DNA from: a virus | Lineage: Duplodnaviria > Heunggongvirae > Uroviricota > Caudoviricetes | IMG/VR virus record: IMGVR_UViG_3300035210_000190 | Length of the DNA: 64,000 nucleotides | Reading direction: 5' to 3' (one strand) | Shown: positions 29,918-40,513 of the stretch, in pieces | Position numbering within the stretch: the first letter of the stretch is position 1 | How the letters are laid out: every line of letters begins with the position of its first letter | Translations under genes and position numbers: made by a program | Notes under the pieces: model-generated | Seen by the model: the letters and a program-made list of their open reading frames with translations, nothing else | Database searches by the model: none | Told to the model about the DNA's origin: nothing

Positions 29918-30820
29918 ATGTATAAGGTTTTTACTCACTCCCAGCAGTTTCACATTGATGAGCTTATGGCAATTGCTATGTTGGACTACGCCCTCTTTAA
30001 CGGTCAATACACCGTAGTTCGCACCCGTGATGAAAAGATCCTTGCAGAAGCTCGCAAAGACCCAGAAGCCTTTGTTATTGACGTGGGTGGTGTCTATGAC
30101 CCAGCCATGCTGAACTTCGACCATCACCAGAATGACGACAAACTTCGTTGGGAAGACGGTCTGCCTTATTCCTCTTGTGGTTTGGTGTGGAAATGGTTGC
30201 GTGAAAATAAAAAGCTCAATGGTAAAATGAACGATGAAACCATGAACATCATTGAGAATGATTTGATTCGTCGGGTTGATAAACATGATAACGGTTTGGA
30301 AAAAATGTCTGAACTCATTCTGCTTATCATGTATAACCGTAAGCCAGACGATCCAAAAGCACAAGATCGCCAATTCAAAATGGCTTCTCGGGCTGCTAAA
30401 GATTATTTCGTGAACTACTTCACCTATGTTCGTGGCAATATGAAAGCTGAAAAAGAAATCGTTAAAGCGATTGAAAAAAGTCAACCATACAAAGATATCG
30501 TTGTGTGTGAAAGCAACATTAAAGACGCTTCCAAGCGTGTCGCTCAACTGACTGACAAAACACTGGTTATCTACCCACACAGCAACGGAATGTGGGCGAT
30601 TAAAACTGTGCCATCTGACCCACGCAACGACTTTTCTCAGAAATGTCCTGCACCGAAAGACTGGCTTGGTTTGAAAGAGAAAGAACTGGAACTCGCATCT
30701 GGTATTCCGGGGCTTTATTTCTGCCATAAAGGTGGTTTCTTGACCTTCTTCCGTGGTTCGCTTGAAGATGCTATCAAAGTCGCTCGGGTTATCATCTTAA
30801 AGCATGAAGGGTTGATGTAA
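29918..30820 (+). CDS. MYG1 (UPF0160) family exonuclease
   Basis: THSQQFHIDE, RTRD, DVGGVYDP, FDHHQ, SSCGLVW, FCHKGGF. Confidence 0.92.
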   Translation: MYKVFTHSQQFHIDELMAIAMLDYALFNGQYTVVRTRDEKILAEARKDPEAFVIDVGGVYDPAMLNFDHHQNDDKLRWEDGLPYSSCGLVWKWLRENKKLNGKMNDETMNIIENDLIRRVDKHDNGLEKMSELILLIMYNRKPDDPKAQDRQFKMASRAAKDYFVNYFTYVRGNMKAEKEIVKAIEKSQPYKDIVVCESNIKDASKRVAQLTDKTLVIYPHSNGMWAIKTVPSDPRNDFSQKCPAPKDWLGLKEKELELASGIPGLYFCHKGGFLTFFRGSLEDAIKVARVIILKHEGLM

Positions 30821-30946
30821 CAGACCTTAATCAGTAGACAAAAAGAAAGCACTCAATGAGTGCTTTTTTTATTGCAAAAAAATCAGTGCATGTATGTCAT
30901 GTTTATGCTATAATAACGGCTCAGTTTACTATTAAACAGGTGATGT

Positions 30947-31495
30947 ATGGACATGGTTCGGGATTTTGAAGCAGCCTTTAAAGCAATCAAAGACAATCCA
31001 GTTAAAGATATTACTCCTTTAATTGCAGTCTTGAAAAAACACAGCACAACTCCTGACAATCCTGTTAGCTGGCGTTGGGACGTGATGCGGTCTGTTGTTT
31101 CGGATGACTTGGAATATGTCAAGTTGGTAATTGCAGCAGAGCTTGAATCTATTTATGTTGGTGTTAAATCTGACATTGAAGAAGAACCTCTTGTTCTTAA
31201 AGTGTCTTCGATGTTGCTTCACACCCACATTAAACAATATAAATCACTTGTTGATGTTGTGGCTATTCAAAAACGTATTTTTGGTGAAGCTATGTTTTCT
31301 TCCATTGAAACGGCAACTATCAGTTTTATTGGTAAAATTTATACCGACTTACTCACAAAAAACATTCTTGATGGCATGACACCACTTAAATTTGCTCAAG
31401 TTATGTATTCCAGTTATGAACATGAATATAATGACACCTATTACTGGCCTCATATTAAGGCGACAATGGACAAAGTAATAACTAAGCTTAATTAA
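30947..31495 (+). CDS. hypothetical protein
   Basis: Own promoter, aggtg RBS. Confidence 0.75.
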   Translation: MDMVRDFEAAFKAIKDNPVKDITPLIAVLKKHSTTPDNPVSWRWDVMRSVVSDDLEYVKLVIAAELESIYVGVKSDIEEEPLVLKVSSMLLHTHIKQYKSLVDVVAIQKRIFGEAMFSSIETATISFIGKIYTDLLTKNILDGMTPLKFAQVMYSSYEHEYNDTYYWPHIKATMDKVITKLN

Positions 31496-31545
31496 TAATT
31501 TTTAGATGTAAAAAAGGCCACTTCGAGTGGCCTTTTGTTTATTTC

Positions 31546-32292
31546 TTATTTTGTGGCTATTTGATCATAATGATTATTTAATTTTTTAAACTCTTTGGCA
31601 TAAGCTATATATTTGTATATAAATTCTCGCTCACTCTTTCCAAATGTTTTTTTATCTTGTAATAGAACCCATATATTGTTTGAGTTGTTTTTAGTCACTG
31701 CTTTATTTACTTTTCCAACACCACTGTAATAAGACAATACCGCTAACTCTTCACTTTGAAAACGTTCCTTACTGTCGCCAAGGTGTTTTAAAGCAGCTTC
31801 AGTGGACTTTTTCCAATCTTTACGCTCATCTACTTTCTTATTCACAACTAAGCCCATATCGCGGCTTAATGCTGGCATTAACTGCCACATTCCGGTAGCA
31901 CTGTTCACGCTTGAACGTATTTTTGGATTGAAGTCTGATTCAATTGCAGCGAGTGCATAAATCTCTTCTGGTAAATCATGTTTTTCAGCGACACTTTCAA
32001 TGAAGCTTTTGTATTGAATGCCTTTATGGTAAGAATTAGAAGCTCTTTTTTCGATGGCCTTACCATTTTTGTCTACAAAGGTTTTGTATTCTATTGATAC
32101 GTGTGTATTCTCATTGGTGGGTACCGATTCAATTACAGCGACTTTATTAGGTTGTTTGACTGCTTGTTCCTTTTTTACAACTTCCTTTGGCATTGCTTCC
32201 TGTATCGGACTTGGCGGGGTGTGACTGCAAGCGGTGATTAAGGCAAAGCATGTTGATAGAGTTAATACTTTAAATCGTCGTAGGTGGTTCAT
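31546..32292 (-). CDS. lytic transglycosylase (SLT/MltD-like), lipoprotein
   Basis: Lipobox LITAC; IESDFNP, ATGMWQLMP, DERKD..KST.AA, SYYSG. Confidence 0.9.
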   Translation of the reverse strand: MNHLRRFKVLTLSTCFALITACSHTPPSPIQEAMPKEVVKKEQAVKQPNKVAVIESVPTNENTHVSIEYKTFVDKNGKAIEKRASNSYHKGIQYKSFIESVAEKHDLPEEIYALAAIESDFNPKIRSSVNSATGMWQLMPALSRDMGLVVNKKVDERKDWKKSTEAALKHLGDSKERFQSEELAVLSYYSGVGKVNKAVTKNNSNNIWVLLQDKKTFGKSEREFIYKYIAYAKEFKKLNNHYDQIATK

Positions 32293-32532
32293 TATATTTT
32301 TCTCCGAAGTTATTAATTTAACCGATTTTCAAAAAAAATCAAATCTTTGAAAATGAATGGCTCAATTAACGGCCACAAATTATACATGAATATGGTTATG
32401 AAATCAATTTTTTATTGATATCTTCAAGAAATAAATCATTTTTTGGCGTTCTATTTTTTTTATAACTTGTTGGTTTTTTTTATGTTTTGCTGTATAATAC
32501 CTTATCAAAACAAGTCTATTGAGGTTCTTTTC

Positions 32533-32901
32533 ATGATTAAGTCTTTTGACGAAATTCCAGCCAATGTACAGGTCTTTTTGGATCGTTACTTCTCTGAAAA
32601 AACAAAAGCTGCCATGCAAGAAAGCTTTGTCTATATGCTTCGTATGTTCTGGCAGTCGCGTTATGACAAAATGAACGCTGATCACAAAGTCTGCTTTGAT
32701 TGGATTAGCCTGCATTGTTTGCCACAGCATGTTGTTTATGGTGGTTTGCAATTCCAAACCAACCTTATTTCGAGCGATTTCGATCACACTCAACTGGCTA
32801 CTGATGTGTTTAAATTGCTATATGACCTTAAATTTCCAGTCGTTGTAAAGCCAAAGAAATCATTCATTGGCATGATTCGCTCACTTTTCAGCAAAGACTA
32901 A
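32533..32901 (+). CDS. hypothetical protein
   Basis: gagg RBS. Confidence 0.7.
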   Translation: MIKSFDEIPANVQVFLDRYFSEKTKAAMQESFVYMLRMFWQSRYDKMNADHKVCFDWISLHCLPQHVVYGGLQFQTNLISSDFDHTQLATDVFKLLYDLKFPVVVKPKKSFIGMIRSLFSKD

Positions 32902-32928
32902 ACAATTTATCTAAATTTGAGGTGCATT

Positions 32929-33456
32929 ATGACTATTGATTTGAAAGAACTCGTTAAACAAGTTGTCGTTGTTAACGCTGACAATACGGGTGTCGTTGTG
33001 GCACTCAAAAAAGTTCAGGATGGTGAATGGGCACTTGCTCGTAAGTCCGAATACAAACGTGATGTGTTCGCTATTCCACAAGAAGATGTGTTTCTTGAAG
33101 TTTGTTTTGCCCGTTCCGGCACTTATCACAGTGGTTATACCTATGACAAGCCAAAGTTCAATCTCGTTACGAAAACGACCGAACAAGTAGTGTCTTATCC
33201 AGCTATTGCTTCTTTGAAGTCCCAAGCTGAAGCGTTGAAAGCAGAACACTTCGATAAATATGATGATAGTCCATTGGAACCCGTCTATCAATCTGGTTGG
33301 GTGTATGCTGATAAGATTCACGTTTGCGAATGTGTTTTCGACATTGGCGGGGTATTGTTAAAGAAAACCCTTTATGGTAACTCTGATTGGACTGAGTTTG
33401 TTGAATATGACATTGTTGATAAACTTGAAGAAACAGTTATCACCTACAAAAAATAA
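32929..33456 (+). CDS. hypothetical protein
   Basis: gagg RBS; RSGTYHSGY phage-type motif. Confidence 0.75.
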   Translation: MTIDLKELVKQVVVVNADNTGVVVALKKVQDGEWALARKSEYKRDVFAIPQEDVFLEVCFARSGTYHSGYTYDKPKFNLVTKTTEQVVSYPAIASLKSQAEALKAEHFDKYDDSPLEPVYQSGWVYADKIHVCECVFDIGGVLLKKTLYGNSDWTEFVEYDIVDKLEETVITYKK

Positions 33457-33473
33457 GCATTTGGAGCAATTAA

Positions 33474-33866
33474 ATGTCTTTAAACTGGACTGCTTTAACA
33501 TCGGAACAACTGGCTTCAGAAGCTAGTTGTCATCTCAATGATCATGATGATGGCAGTTCAGATTTTTTTGACGTGGCTCTGGCTAACTGGTCAGTGGTTT
33601 CACTTCTACCAGAAATGCTTAATGCGTTTAAAGATGAGCAAGAGGCGTCTATTTGGATTAATGAGGAAATTACCTTTTTGAAAGCCGATGGAAATATTGG
33701 GCGAGCGAAAATGTATGAAGACATGTTGCTGAATGGTGTTCAAGATCCTATCATTGTTGGAAAACGATCAAATACCTTAGCTCTATGGGATGGTTTTCAT
33801 CGTGTGGCTATTTCTATGGTTAGAAAAGAGTCTGTTTTGACGATTCTTGGTGAATACAAGATGTAG
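33474..33866 (+). CDS. ParB/Srx-like N-terminal domain protein
   Basis: PIIV...LWDGFHRV. Confidence 0.6.
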   Translation: MSLNWTALTSEQLASEASCHLNDHDDGSSDFFDVALANWSVVSLLPEMLNAFKDEQEASIWINEEITFLKADGNIGRAKMYEDMLLNGVQDPIIVGKRSNTLALWDGFHRVAISMVRKESVLTILGEYKM

Positions 33867-33928
33867 ATTGGTCGTGATGATTGTGTTATAATTATGGTTT
33901 CTAGTGGTATAATTTTGAGGATATTAAA

Positions 33929-34279
33929 ATGTCAGAACCGTATGATTATTCCAGATTTTCTAATGACAGTACAGATTTGTATAAGGTGCTGCTCGAAGTT
34001 GAGAAATATAAAGCCTTCATTGTTAAGCAAGATAGTGTGGAATCGAACTTGAAACCAACCGATATGGTGTCAGGTAATAGTCTGAGTATGTTTGGGGCTG
34101 AAATCTTCCAATTTTGGCTGGCCGCACTTCGTGCTCAAAGCACTGATAAAGCCGTGTTTCTTGAATTCGCTGCAGCAGTAAAAATTCCCGTCCGAAATCG
34201 TGATCTTGGTCCTGATGGCCTATCATGGTTGGGCTGTGGAATTTATTCTGTTTGGTGTGAAGCTTTGAAGCAAGAATAG
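33929..34279 (+). CDS. hypothetical protein
   Basis: gagga RBS. Confidence 0.7.
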   Translation: MSEPYDYSRFSNDSTDLYKVLLEVEKYKAFIVKQDSVESNLKPTDMVSGNSLSMFGAEIFQFWLAALRAQSTDKAVFLEFAAAVKIPVRNRDLGPDGLSWLGCGIYSVWCEALKQE

Positions 34280-34353
34280 CTTTTATTGATTGTTAAGAAG
34301 GTGGATTCATGTTATAATGACCACCTTAATTTAGTGATCATTGAGGATTTAAC

Positions 34354-34800
34354 ATGTCTACTCAACCCAACGATGAAACCGTTAAAAAATCTAAACTTGA
34401 AGAAGTGCTTCGCACTGAAGTCGATTTTTATGACCGTTTGGGCAATCATGCTGTTCTTACCAAAGTCGTTTACCGAGACAAAAAAGGTAAATTCAGCGAA
34501 CAAGTTGTTAAAGTTGACTGGGTAAGCTTTATCGACATCAAAAAACTAACCTACATCACCAGCGTTTCGGTGGCGGTCAATAAATGCAGTAACGGTGTCT
34601 TTTTCTTGACGGCTGTTAAGAACAATCATGGCGAGCTTTCTTTTCCGTTTGAATCGGAATCGTTGGAGCAAGTGTTGTTTGATGCTCATGAAGTTGCCGC
34701 CTTCTACCACCAGAAGCCTATTCGTTTTACAGATGACAAATGGATTTCCAAGGATGAAATTAAAGAAGCGTATGCGAATGTGGAACGTCTTCTTGATTGA
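34354..34800 (+). CDS. hypothetical protein
   Basis: gagga RBS; terminator follows. Confidence 0.75.
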   Translation: MSTQPNDETVKKSKLEEVLRTEVDFYDRLGNHAVLTKVVYRDKKGKFSEQVVKVDWVSFIDIKKLTYITSVSVAVNKCSNGVFFLTAVKNNHGELSFPFESESLEQVLFDAHEVAAFYHQKPIRFTDDKWISKDEIKEAYANVERLLD

Positions 34801-34932
34801 TAATTGATTAATAAAAAAGCCTACTTCGGTAGGCTTTTTATTGTCTTTTATTTTTCAATTAGACCAATGGTGATGTTGTTTTTCTTGATTATATGATATT
34901 ATAAGGTTCAATTTTCTATAGGAGAAATCAAC

Positions 34933-35118
34933 ATGCGAAAAAATGTGCATTATGAATATGATATCGTGAGTGGTCTTGATCAATCAGTTGTTTTGGCCGA
35001 AGCTCCCACCCGAGAAAAAGCTCGCATTAAGAAACGCCGCCTAGACAACAAAAAGCCTCAAGAAACCCATCGAATTATTCAGCGTTGCTACACAGTGGTT
35101 ACTAAGCACGTTCGTTAA
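34933..35118 (+). CDS. small basic hypothetical protein
   Basis: aggag RBS. Confidence 0.65.
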   Translation: MRKNVHYEYDIVSGLDQSVVLAEAPTREKARIKKRRLDNKKPQETHRIIQRCYTVVTKHVR

Positions 35119-35221
35119 TTATTTCCTTCCTGTTGGTGGCGAGTACTCATTATTTCCTTGTGTAGACTAGGTTATTTTGCTATACTTGCCATCTATTAAT
35201 AAACTTATTTGGAGCACCACC

Positions 35222-35668
35222 ATGTCTAAAATCACTTTTTATGTGGGCTTGAACATTCAAGATCTAAAATTTCAATGTGGTGGTGGCCCCGCACTTGTTA
35301 AAGATGGTATTGTTCGTTATGGCATTGGAGAAACCCATCGTCATTTGATTGAAGCTGGTTTGCACCCTCGTAAAATCGTTGAAAAAGTCGTTCGTGAAAT
35401 CAATTACTGTTCTGACAATTGGGATCTACATATCTCTACTCACTCAGCAATCCCTATCCACATTGTGGGACTCATGATTCATGAATGTTTAATTCGTGCT
35501 TGTGATGTAAAAGTTGTTCAATTCTCTGATAACAACGCTGTCGTTGTTTCTGAATCAGAGTTTAATTCTGACGCTGACTTGGTTAAGTTCCCATCAGATT
35601 TTTGGCATTTTGATTATCTTGAAGCCAAACGTCTTGTTAATTTGCCGGGAACTTTGGTAGGGCATTAA
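35222..35668 (+). CDS. stand-alone C-terminal ABC-ATPase (AAA_21/DUF3696-like) fragment
   Basis: IEAGLHP (D-loop-like), ISTHS (H-loop); no Walker A. Confidence 0.6.
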   Translation: MSKITFYVGLNIQDLKFQCGGGPALVKDGIVRYGIGETHRHLIEAGLHPRKIVEKVVREINYCSDNWDLHISTHSAIPIHIVGLMIHECLIRACDVKVVQFSDNNAVVVSESEFNSDADLVKFPSDFWHFDYLEAKRLVNLPGTLVGH

Positions 35669-35770
35669 TTAATATTGAACATTTTTAGGTGCATGAATGC
35701 ACCTTTTCTTGATTGTTTTTTAAAATTTTGATATACTCACCATCTAAACAAAATTCTTTGGAGTAATACA

Positions 35771-36247
35771 ATGTCTAAAATCAATCTGTTTGTCGGTTTG
35801 AACATTCAAGACCTGAAATTCCAGTGTGGTGGTGGCCCACAAGGTTTTGAAGGGACTGAACACATCGCACCCGGTGTAGTCCACTATTGGGTTAATGCAA
35901 CCCATCGTCATTTGATTGAGAAAAATCTTCATCCACAAAAAATTGCTGAAAAGGTTTTGGAAGATATTAAATATTGTTCGGGTAGCTGGGATCTCAATAT
36001 CTCTACTCATTCCGAAGTGCCTCTCAACCTGATTGGTCATCTTATCCATTCCGGTTATATTAAGGCAGAAGATGTTCGGGTGTTTGTCATGTCTGACGAC
36101 AACCAGTCCATTCAGTTTGAATCGACTTATGATCCGAAAGGTTTTCTTGTAAACTGGCCGTATGGCTTCATGGACTTTGATACCACCAAAGCAAAAAAAG
36201 ACACAAAATTTTCTAACCCGAAATTTCCTGTGCCTTCGGAGGCTTAA
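35771..36247 (+). CDS. stand-alone C-terminal ABC-ATPase (DUF3696-like) fragment, paralog
   Basis: IEKNLHP, ISTHSE, DPKGFLVNWPYGFMD. Confidence 0.65.
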   Translation: MSKINLFVGLNIQDLKFQCGGGPQGFEGTEHIAPGVVHYWVNATHRHLIEKNLHPQKIAEKVLEDIKYCSGSWDLNISTHSEVPLNLIGHLIHSGYIKAEDVRVFVMSDDNQSIQFESTYDPKGFLVNWPYGFMDFDTTKAKKDTKFSNPKFPVPSEA

Positions 36248-36248
36248 A

Positions 36249-36581
36249 TTGCAAACAGACGCTGAAATGAAAGCACTCCATGCGTGCAAACAACCCAATG
36301 GTTCAGAACGAAAAGAAATTGAAGCTACTGGTGTGTTTCTGACCGGGCTTTACTACTACCATCATTGTGTGGCCCAGCAACCTAATGGTCAGTGGCAGGC
36401 TTTTGATGAAACCCCAGTGCTTACGGCTAATGGTTGGCAACGAGTGGGCGATCAACCCGATAATTTGACGGTTGAAGGTGATTTGGGCTTGTCTTGGGAC
36501 AAGACACTGTGCCATCATGAGCGTTACAAGGTTAAGTTGACCCGAGAACGCCGCACTTTTAAAGTTAGTGGCATGAAATAA
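36249..36581 (+). CDS. hypothetical protein
   Basis: ggagg RBS before TTG; AQQPNGQWQAFDETP phage-type motif. Confidence 0.6.
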   Translation: MQTDAEMKALHACKQPNGSERKEIEATGVFLTGLYYYHHCVAQQPNGQWQAFDETPVLTANGWQRVGDQPDNLTVEGDLGLSWDKTLCHHERYKVKLTRERRTFKVSGMK

Positions 36582-36725
36582 TCGTTTATTGAATAAGGAG
36601 ATTTTCCATGAATGAAGAATACGATGGTCTATAAACTGTTCTAAACTATAAAGGTCACTTCGGTGGCCTTTTTTTATCTACACTTTTCAAGTATATTCAA
36701 AAAGAAAGACTCTCTAAGAGTCTTC

Positions 36726-38585
36726 TTATAGTGTAAAGTTTTGTTTTTTGACTTTATCATTTTTAGCATCAGCTATCAATTTCACTTCGGCATTATTGAT
36801 GATTTCAATGTACTCTCTAAGGTCTGAATCGTTCGTATCAACTGGTTCATCATCTTTGTAATGGGCTGCAGAACATTCTCCATTATCTAGTGTAATACCA
36901 ATCATGCTCGATTCATCTTCAGCTTCTCTCAAAAAGTCATAAACGAAATACTGTTGCTTACCATCACCCGTATAGCTTTTAAAATATGACTCATCTCTGG
37001 CTATACACCAACTAGGGCTTCCCATTACCTTGCTTTGTTCAAAATCAATGACTTCAACAATAAGCAAATCGTCAGCTTCAACAAGAATTCTGACATTATT
37101 ATTTTCAGCTTTTAATGTAATCGCGTCCATAGTGAAATCATTCAATGAGCTATACAATTGTTTTAAGGCTGCGTTTAGATCATCAGGCGTTTTAAAGGCT
37201 GCAATTTTTTTACCTATATATTCCTGTAAAAATTCTTTTTTTGTCGTTTCATATAGCAGTCCTGCAATAGTATAAGTCTCTTCATTGTAAAGATGTTCAT
37301 ACTTATTGCTCGATATACTATGAGCATACTGTTTTATTTTATGTTCTTTCACTACTTTGTTTAAATAGTCGTCTACGACTTCAATGTCTCGAAACTTATT
37401 AGCTGTCGCTGACTTTTCTAAATAGGTTTCCAATGGATCGATTTTATACATTTTTAAAATGTCCATGTTGGATTTGTAAGTATTCATGGCTATTTCTAAA
37501 TCACGCACATTACTGAAATTGTTTCTAGTTGCAATTTCTATGAAATTTTTTGCAATTTGTGGATTTTTATTAAATTCAAGTCTGATTGAATCTTTTATTA
37601 TTTGATTATGGATATCTTGAACTTCTTTTATGTCATAAATAGGAACATAGGTGCCATCTTTCTTTCTGAACACTATTGAATCATCATGAAAACTTATCAC
37701 TCTGTCATAAGAACCGACTATCTCTTTATCAAACATGATATTGAAATCTTTATTTTCTAAGTTTTTTACGAAATCCTTAATAGTTGAATTTTTGTTGTTC
37801 TCATATCTTACGAAATTATCAGCCTGACAGAAGTTTAAACCATTTGCTATCATTTTTTTATACGCACTGATCGAGATAACTTCAAAATCTGAAATATATT
37901 TTTTTACGCCAGTTAAGTCCATAATTTCAGATTCTTTTTCTTTGTATTTCAAAAGTTCTGGAAATTGCTCTTTTAATTCAGTTAGTTTAATTTCCAAATT
38001 TTTTAAGCTAGGATTACTGGCTATTTCTCGGTTTATATACGTGTGGCTTGAACGATACAAATCCTTAAGTTCTCGACCGGCACGATCAGCCGCAAAATCT
38101 ACTTGGTTTAAGAAATCGCTTTCTTTCTTAAAGGATTCATTCATGTTTGGAATAAAGGGATCGGCACTAAAATTTTTAATTAGTTTTTCTAAGTTGCTTA
38201 TTTCTTCAGATATATAATCTTTTTGATCATGCTGTTTTAAGTCTTCAAGAATTTGCTTCATCATAGGTTGTATCATGTTTAGCTGTTTGATGACATCATT
38301 TTGTCTGCTTAACATCCAGTGAATGTCTGTTCCAATAGCCATAAGATCTGACACTTCTGATGTAATCTTTCCTGTTTCTGTTAGTTTGACTAATGAGTTT
38401 ATTGTATGCGAAACATTATTTAATGAGTTTAACTTTAATGAAATTGAATTCAAGTTAATTTGTAATCTATCTGATTTTTTTCTTGTGTTTTCTCCTTCTA
38501 CAATTATATTGTTTGGTCTTGGATAGTGTTGTCCCACTATAAAAGAGTGTAACATGCCAAAACCTAATATTTCCTTGTTTACCAT
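36726..38585 (-). CDS. large protein with C-terminal PcfJ-like domain
   Basis: GSPSWCIAR..YF..Y, QYFVYDF, IGIT; paralog at 62558..64000. Confidence 0.7.
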   Translation of the reverse strand: MVNKEILGFGMLHSFIVGQHYPRPNNIIVEGENTRKKSDRLQINLNSISLKLNSLNNVSHTINSLVKLTETGKITSEVSDLMAIGTDIHWMLSRQNDVIKQLNMIQPMMKQILEDLKQHDQKDYISEEISNLEKLIKNFSADPFIPNMNESFKKESDFLNQVDFAADRAGRELKDLYRSSHTYINREIASNPSLKNLEIKLTELKEQFPELLKYKEKESEIMDLTGVKKYISDFEVISISAYKKMIANGLNFCQADNFVRYENNKNSTIKDFVKNLENKDFNIMFDKEIVGSYDRVISFHDDSIVFRKKDGTYVPIYDIKEVQDIHNQIIKDSIRLEFNKNPQIAKNFIEIATRNNFSNVRDLEIAMNTYKSNMDILKMYKIDPLETYLEKSATANKFRDIEVVDDYLNKVVKEHKIKQYAHSISSNKYEHLYNEETYTIAGLLYETTKKEFLQEYIGKKIAAFKTPDDLNAALKQLYSSLNDFTMDAITLKAENNNVRILVEADDLLIVEVIDFEQSKVMGSPSWCIARDESYFKSYTGDGKQQYFVYDFLREAEDESSMIGITLDNGECSAAHYKDDEPVDTNDSDLREYIEIINNAEVKLIADAKNDKVKKQNFTL

Positions 38586-38780
38586 AATGTTCTCTGTATT
38601 TTTTATATATTTTATCATAAATACCAAAATAATAAAGTTTCAACATGAATTGGTTATTACAGTAAACTTCAATTTTTTTTAAATAATAACTGACAACTCC
38701 GATTACTTTGCCTATTTTTTTATTGCTTTATTTTTGTGTTTTTGCTATAATCACATTACTTTCAAAAAAGAGGTTTCCCT

Positions 38781-39227
38781 ATGGGCCAGTCAGTTTGCAC
38801 ACGCTACAACATTAAACTCAATGAAAACCACGTCTCTTATGTGCCTGTTACATCGGCTATCGAAGCGTATCTGGCTCAATGTCTCGACATCGAAGAAAAG
38901 TCTCATGAGCGTGGTGAATCTTACGGTGCTTCCAGTTGTAACTTTCATGGCGAGCTTGTGGTTTCTTTTCACTCTTCGAAGTATGGAAATCCTCTCAGCT
39001 TGTCGGCTGGTGTCCTTGACCTTATCAAGATCAACATCAACAGTTCTCCAGAAGATTGCTACTATTTCTTTGAAGAAGAACAAACCTATGGTTGGCATAT
39101 AGTCGAAGCCTTTGGTAAAGCACTGCCTATCTTTGAAAAACATGCTGAGCAACGCCGTGTCGCGGGTGCTGCCGCTTTTTCGAAATTTCACAATGAACTG
39201 TATCCTGACCAACCCATTGGAGCTTGA
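38781..39227 (+). CDS. hypothetical protein
   Basis: gagg RBS, own promoter. Confidence 0.75.
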   Translation: MGQSVCTRYNIKLNENHVSYVPVTSAIEAYLAQCLDIEEKSHERGESYGASSCNFHGELVVSFHSSKYGNPLSLSAGVLDLIKININSSPEDCYYFFEEEQTYGWHIVEAFGKALPIFEKHAEQRRVAGAAAFSKFHNELYPDQPIGA

Positions 39228-39229
39228 TT

Positions 39230-39493
39230 ATGGAACTTGTTAGCAATGAAGTGATGGAAGTCAAATGTAACCATTGTGGTAGCATTCATCGCACAGAGAA
39301 CATGAAAGATTTTAAAGAATCCAACACGTATCCGCCACACGCTTGCTTCATGTGTCTTGATTGCAAGCAATTGGCCCGTGTTGAAGGTTATGACATGCCG
39401 AAGCGTCTGTTTAGCTATCTAGTCAATAAAATCACTCAGGAACGATTTGGTAACATTGACCAGCGTGTTTTTGACCGAATGAATGACATTTAA
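39230..39493 (+). CDS. zinc-ribbon protein
   Basis: CNHC and CLDC pairs. Confidence 0.7.
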   Translation: MELVSNEVMEVKCNHCGSIHRTENMKDFKESNTYPPHACFMCLDCKQLARVEGYDMPKRLFSYLVNKITQERFGNIDQRVFDRMNDI

Positions 39494-39592
39494 ATTCATT
39501 TGTCATGAAGGCTACACGAAGTAGCCTTTTTATTTTTATTGAAAAAACCTTCTTATCATGCTATAATCGTTCAAATTTTATGGGAGTTGACA

Positions 39593-40420
39593 ATGGATAA
39601 CAAAGCGTTTGTGACTGAGTTTATCAATGGATATCGTGAGATCATGCTTAAGAAAAGCAGTCATGATACCGTCAAGCATTTCAATAACAACCTTAAAGAA
39701 TATCCATATCTTTTGGTGTATCCTTTTACTGTTGATGATGAAGAAACCGCAAAAACTCAATTGCTGGTTGGTTTTGCTGAAACGTTCAATATCCATCAGA
39801 AAGACGATAAGGCTACAATGCCCGAAGCTATGTCACAAATCATTCGTGGTCAAGATTACTTGAAAGTGGGCAAGGATGTTACAATTACTGAAACCATTGC
39901 CATTCCAACCAGTGAAATTGAACCCATTCCTGTTCGTAAAGTTTTGTGGGCAGAGTTGATTGAAGCTCCAAAATTGGGCGAAGATTCTTTTGGCGTTCTG
40001 TGTGACCCGTTCCTTGAATACTTCAATCTTGATTCTTACGCTTATCAAGAAGGCACTAACGAAAGTTTTGATTTCAGTCATTACTTCCATAAAGATAGCA
40101 ACAAGCCCGATGGTCTTGAATTGCGTGAAGTGTGGCATGACACCTGCGATGATGATAAACATGGTAATACGCAAACATTGGTATTTTGGAAAGATGAATT
40201 CGTTGGCTGGCTTACGTTTTCTGGTCGTTATTTGAGCACCTGCACAGCTTCCACTGTGAGTCTTGAAAAGTGGACTGACTTGATGGATACAATCTACAAA
40301 CAATCTGGTTATAAGCCGGGGCGTAATGTTAATGGTGTTTCTGTCTATAACATGGAAAAAGACGATGTTGATGATGTTGCCTATGTTCCCGGTGTTAGCA
40401 CTGTGAATTATGATGACTGA
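39593..40420 (+). CDS. hypothetical protein
   Basis: gggag RBS, own promoter and terminator. Confidence 0.8.
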   Translation: MDNKAFVTEFINGYREIMLKKSSHDTVKHFNNNLKEYPYLLVYPFTVDDEETAKTQLLVGFAETFNIHQKDDKATMPEAMSQIIRGQDYLKVGKDVTITETIAIPTSEIEPIPVRKVLWAELIEAPKLGEDSFGVLCDPFLEYFNLDSYAYQEGTNESFDFSHYFHKDSNKPDGLELREVWHDTCDDDKHGNTQTLVFWKDEFVGWLTFSGRYLSTCTASTVSLEKWTDLMDTIYKQSGYKPGRNVNGVSVYNMEKDDVDDVAYVPGVSTVNYDD

Positions 40421-40513
40421 TTTCATCAGATTTAACTAAGACCCGCACATGCGGGTTTTTTATTGAGTTTTTAAAAGTAATCTGCTATAATCCTTTTAAC
40501 TTAGGAGATCTTT

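Noticed and set aside
29852-30727. 291-aa minus-strand ORF
   Set aside because: Antisense shadow of the clear MYG1 gene. The same applies to most overlapping minus-strand ORFs in the track (e.g. 16830, 35744, 39833, 44519).
39230-39493. Further members of the MxxPhi tag set (39230 ...FDRMNDI*, 14863 ...GTMVEC*, 10737 ...LGMFSYS*)
   Set aside because: Only partial matches, in small proteins of a different type; left out of the count as possibly coincidental.
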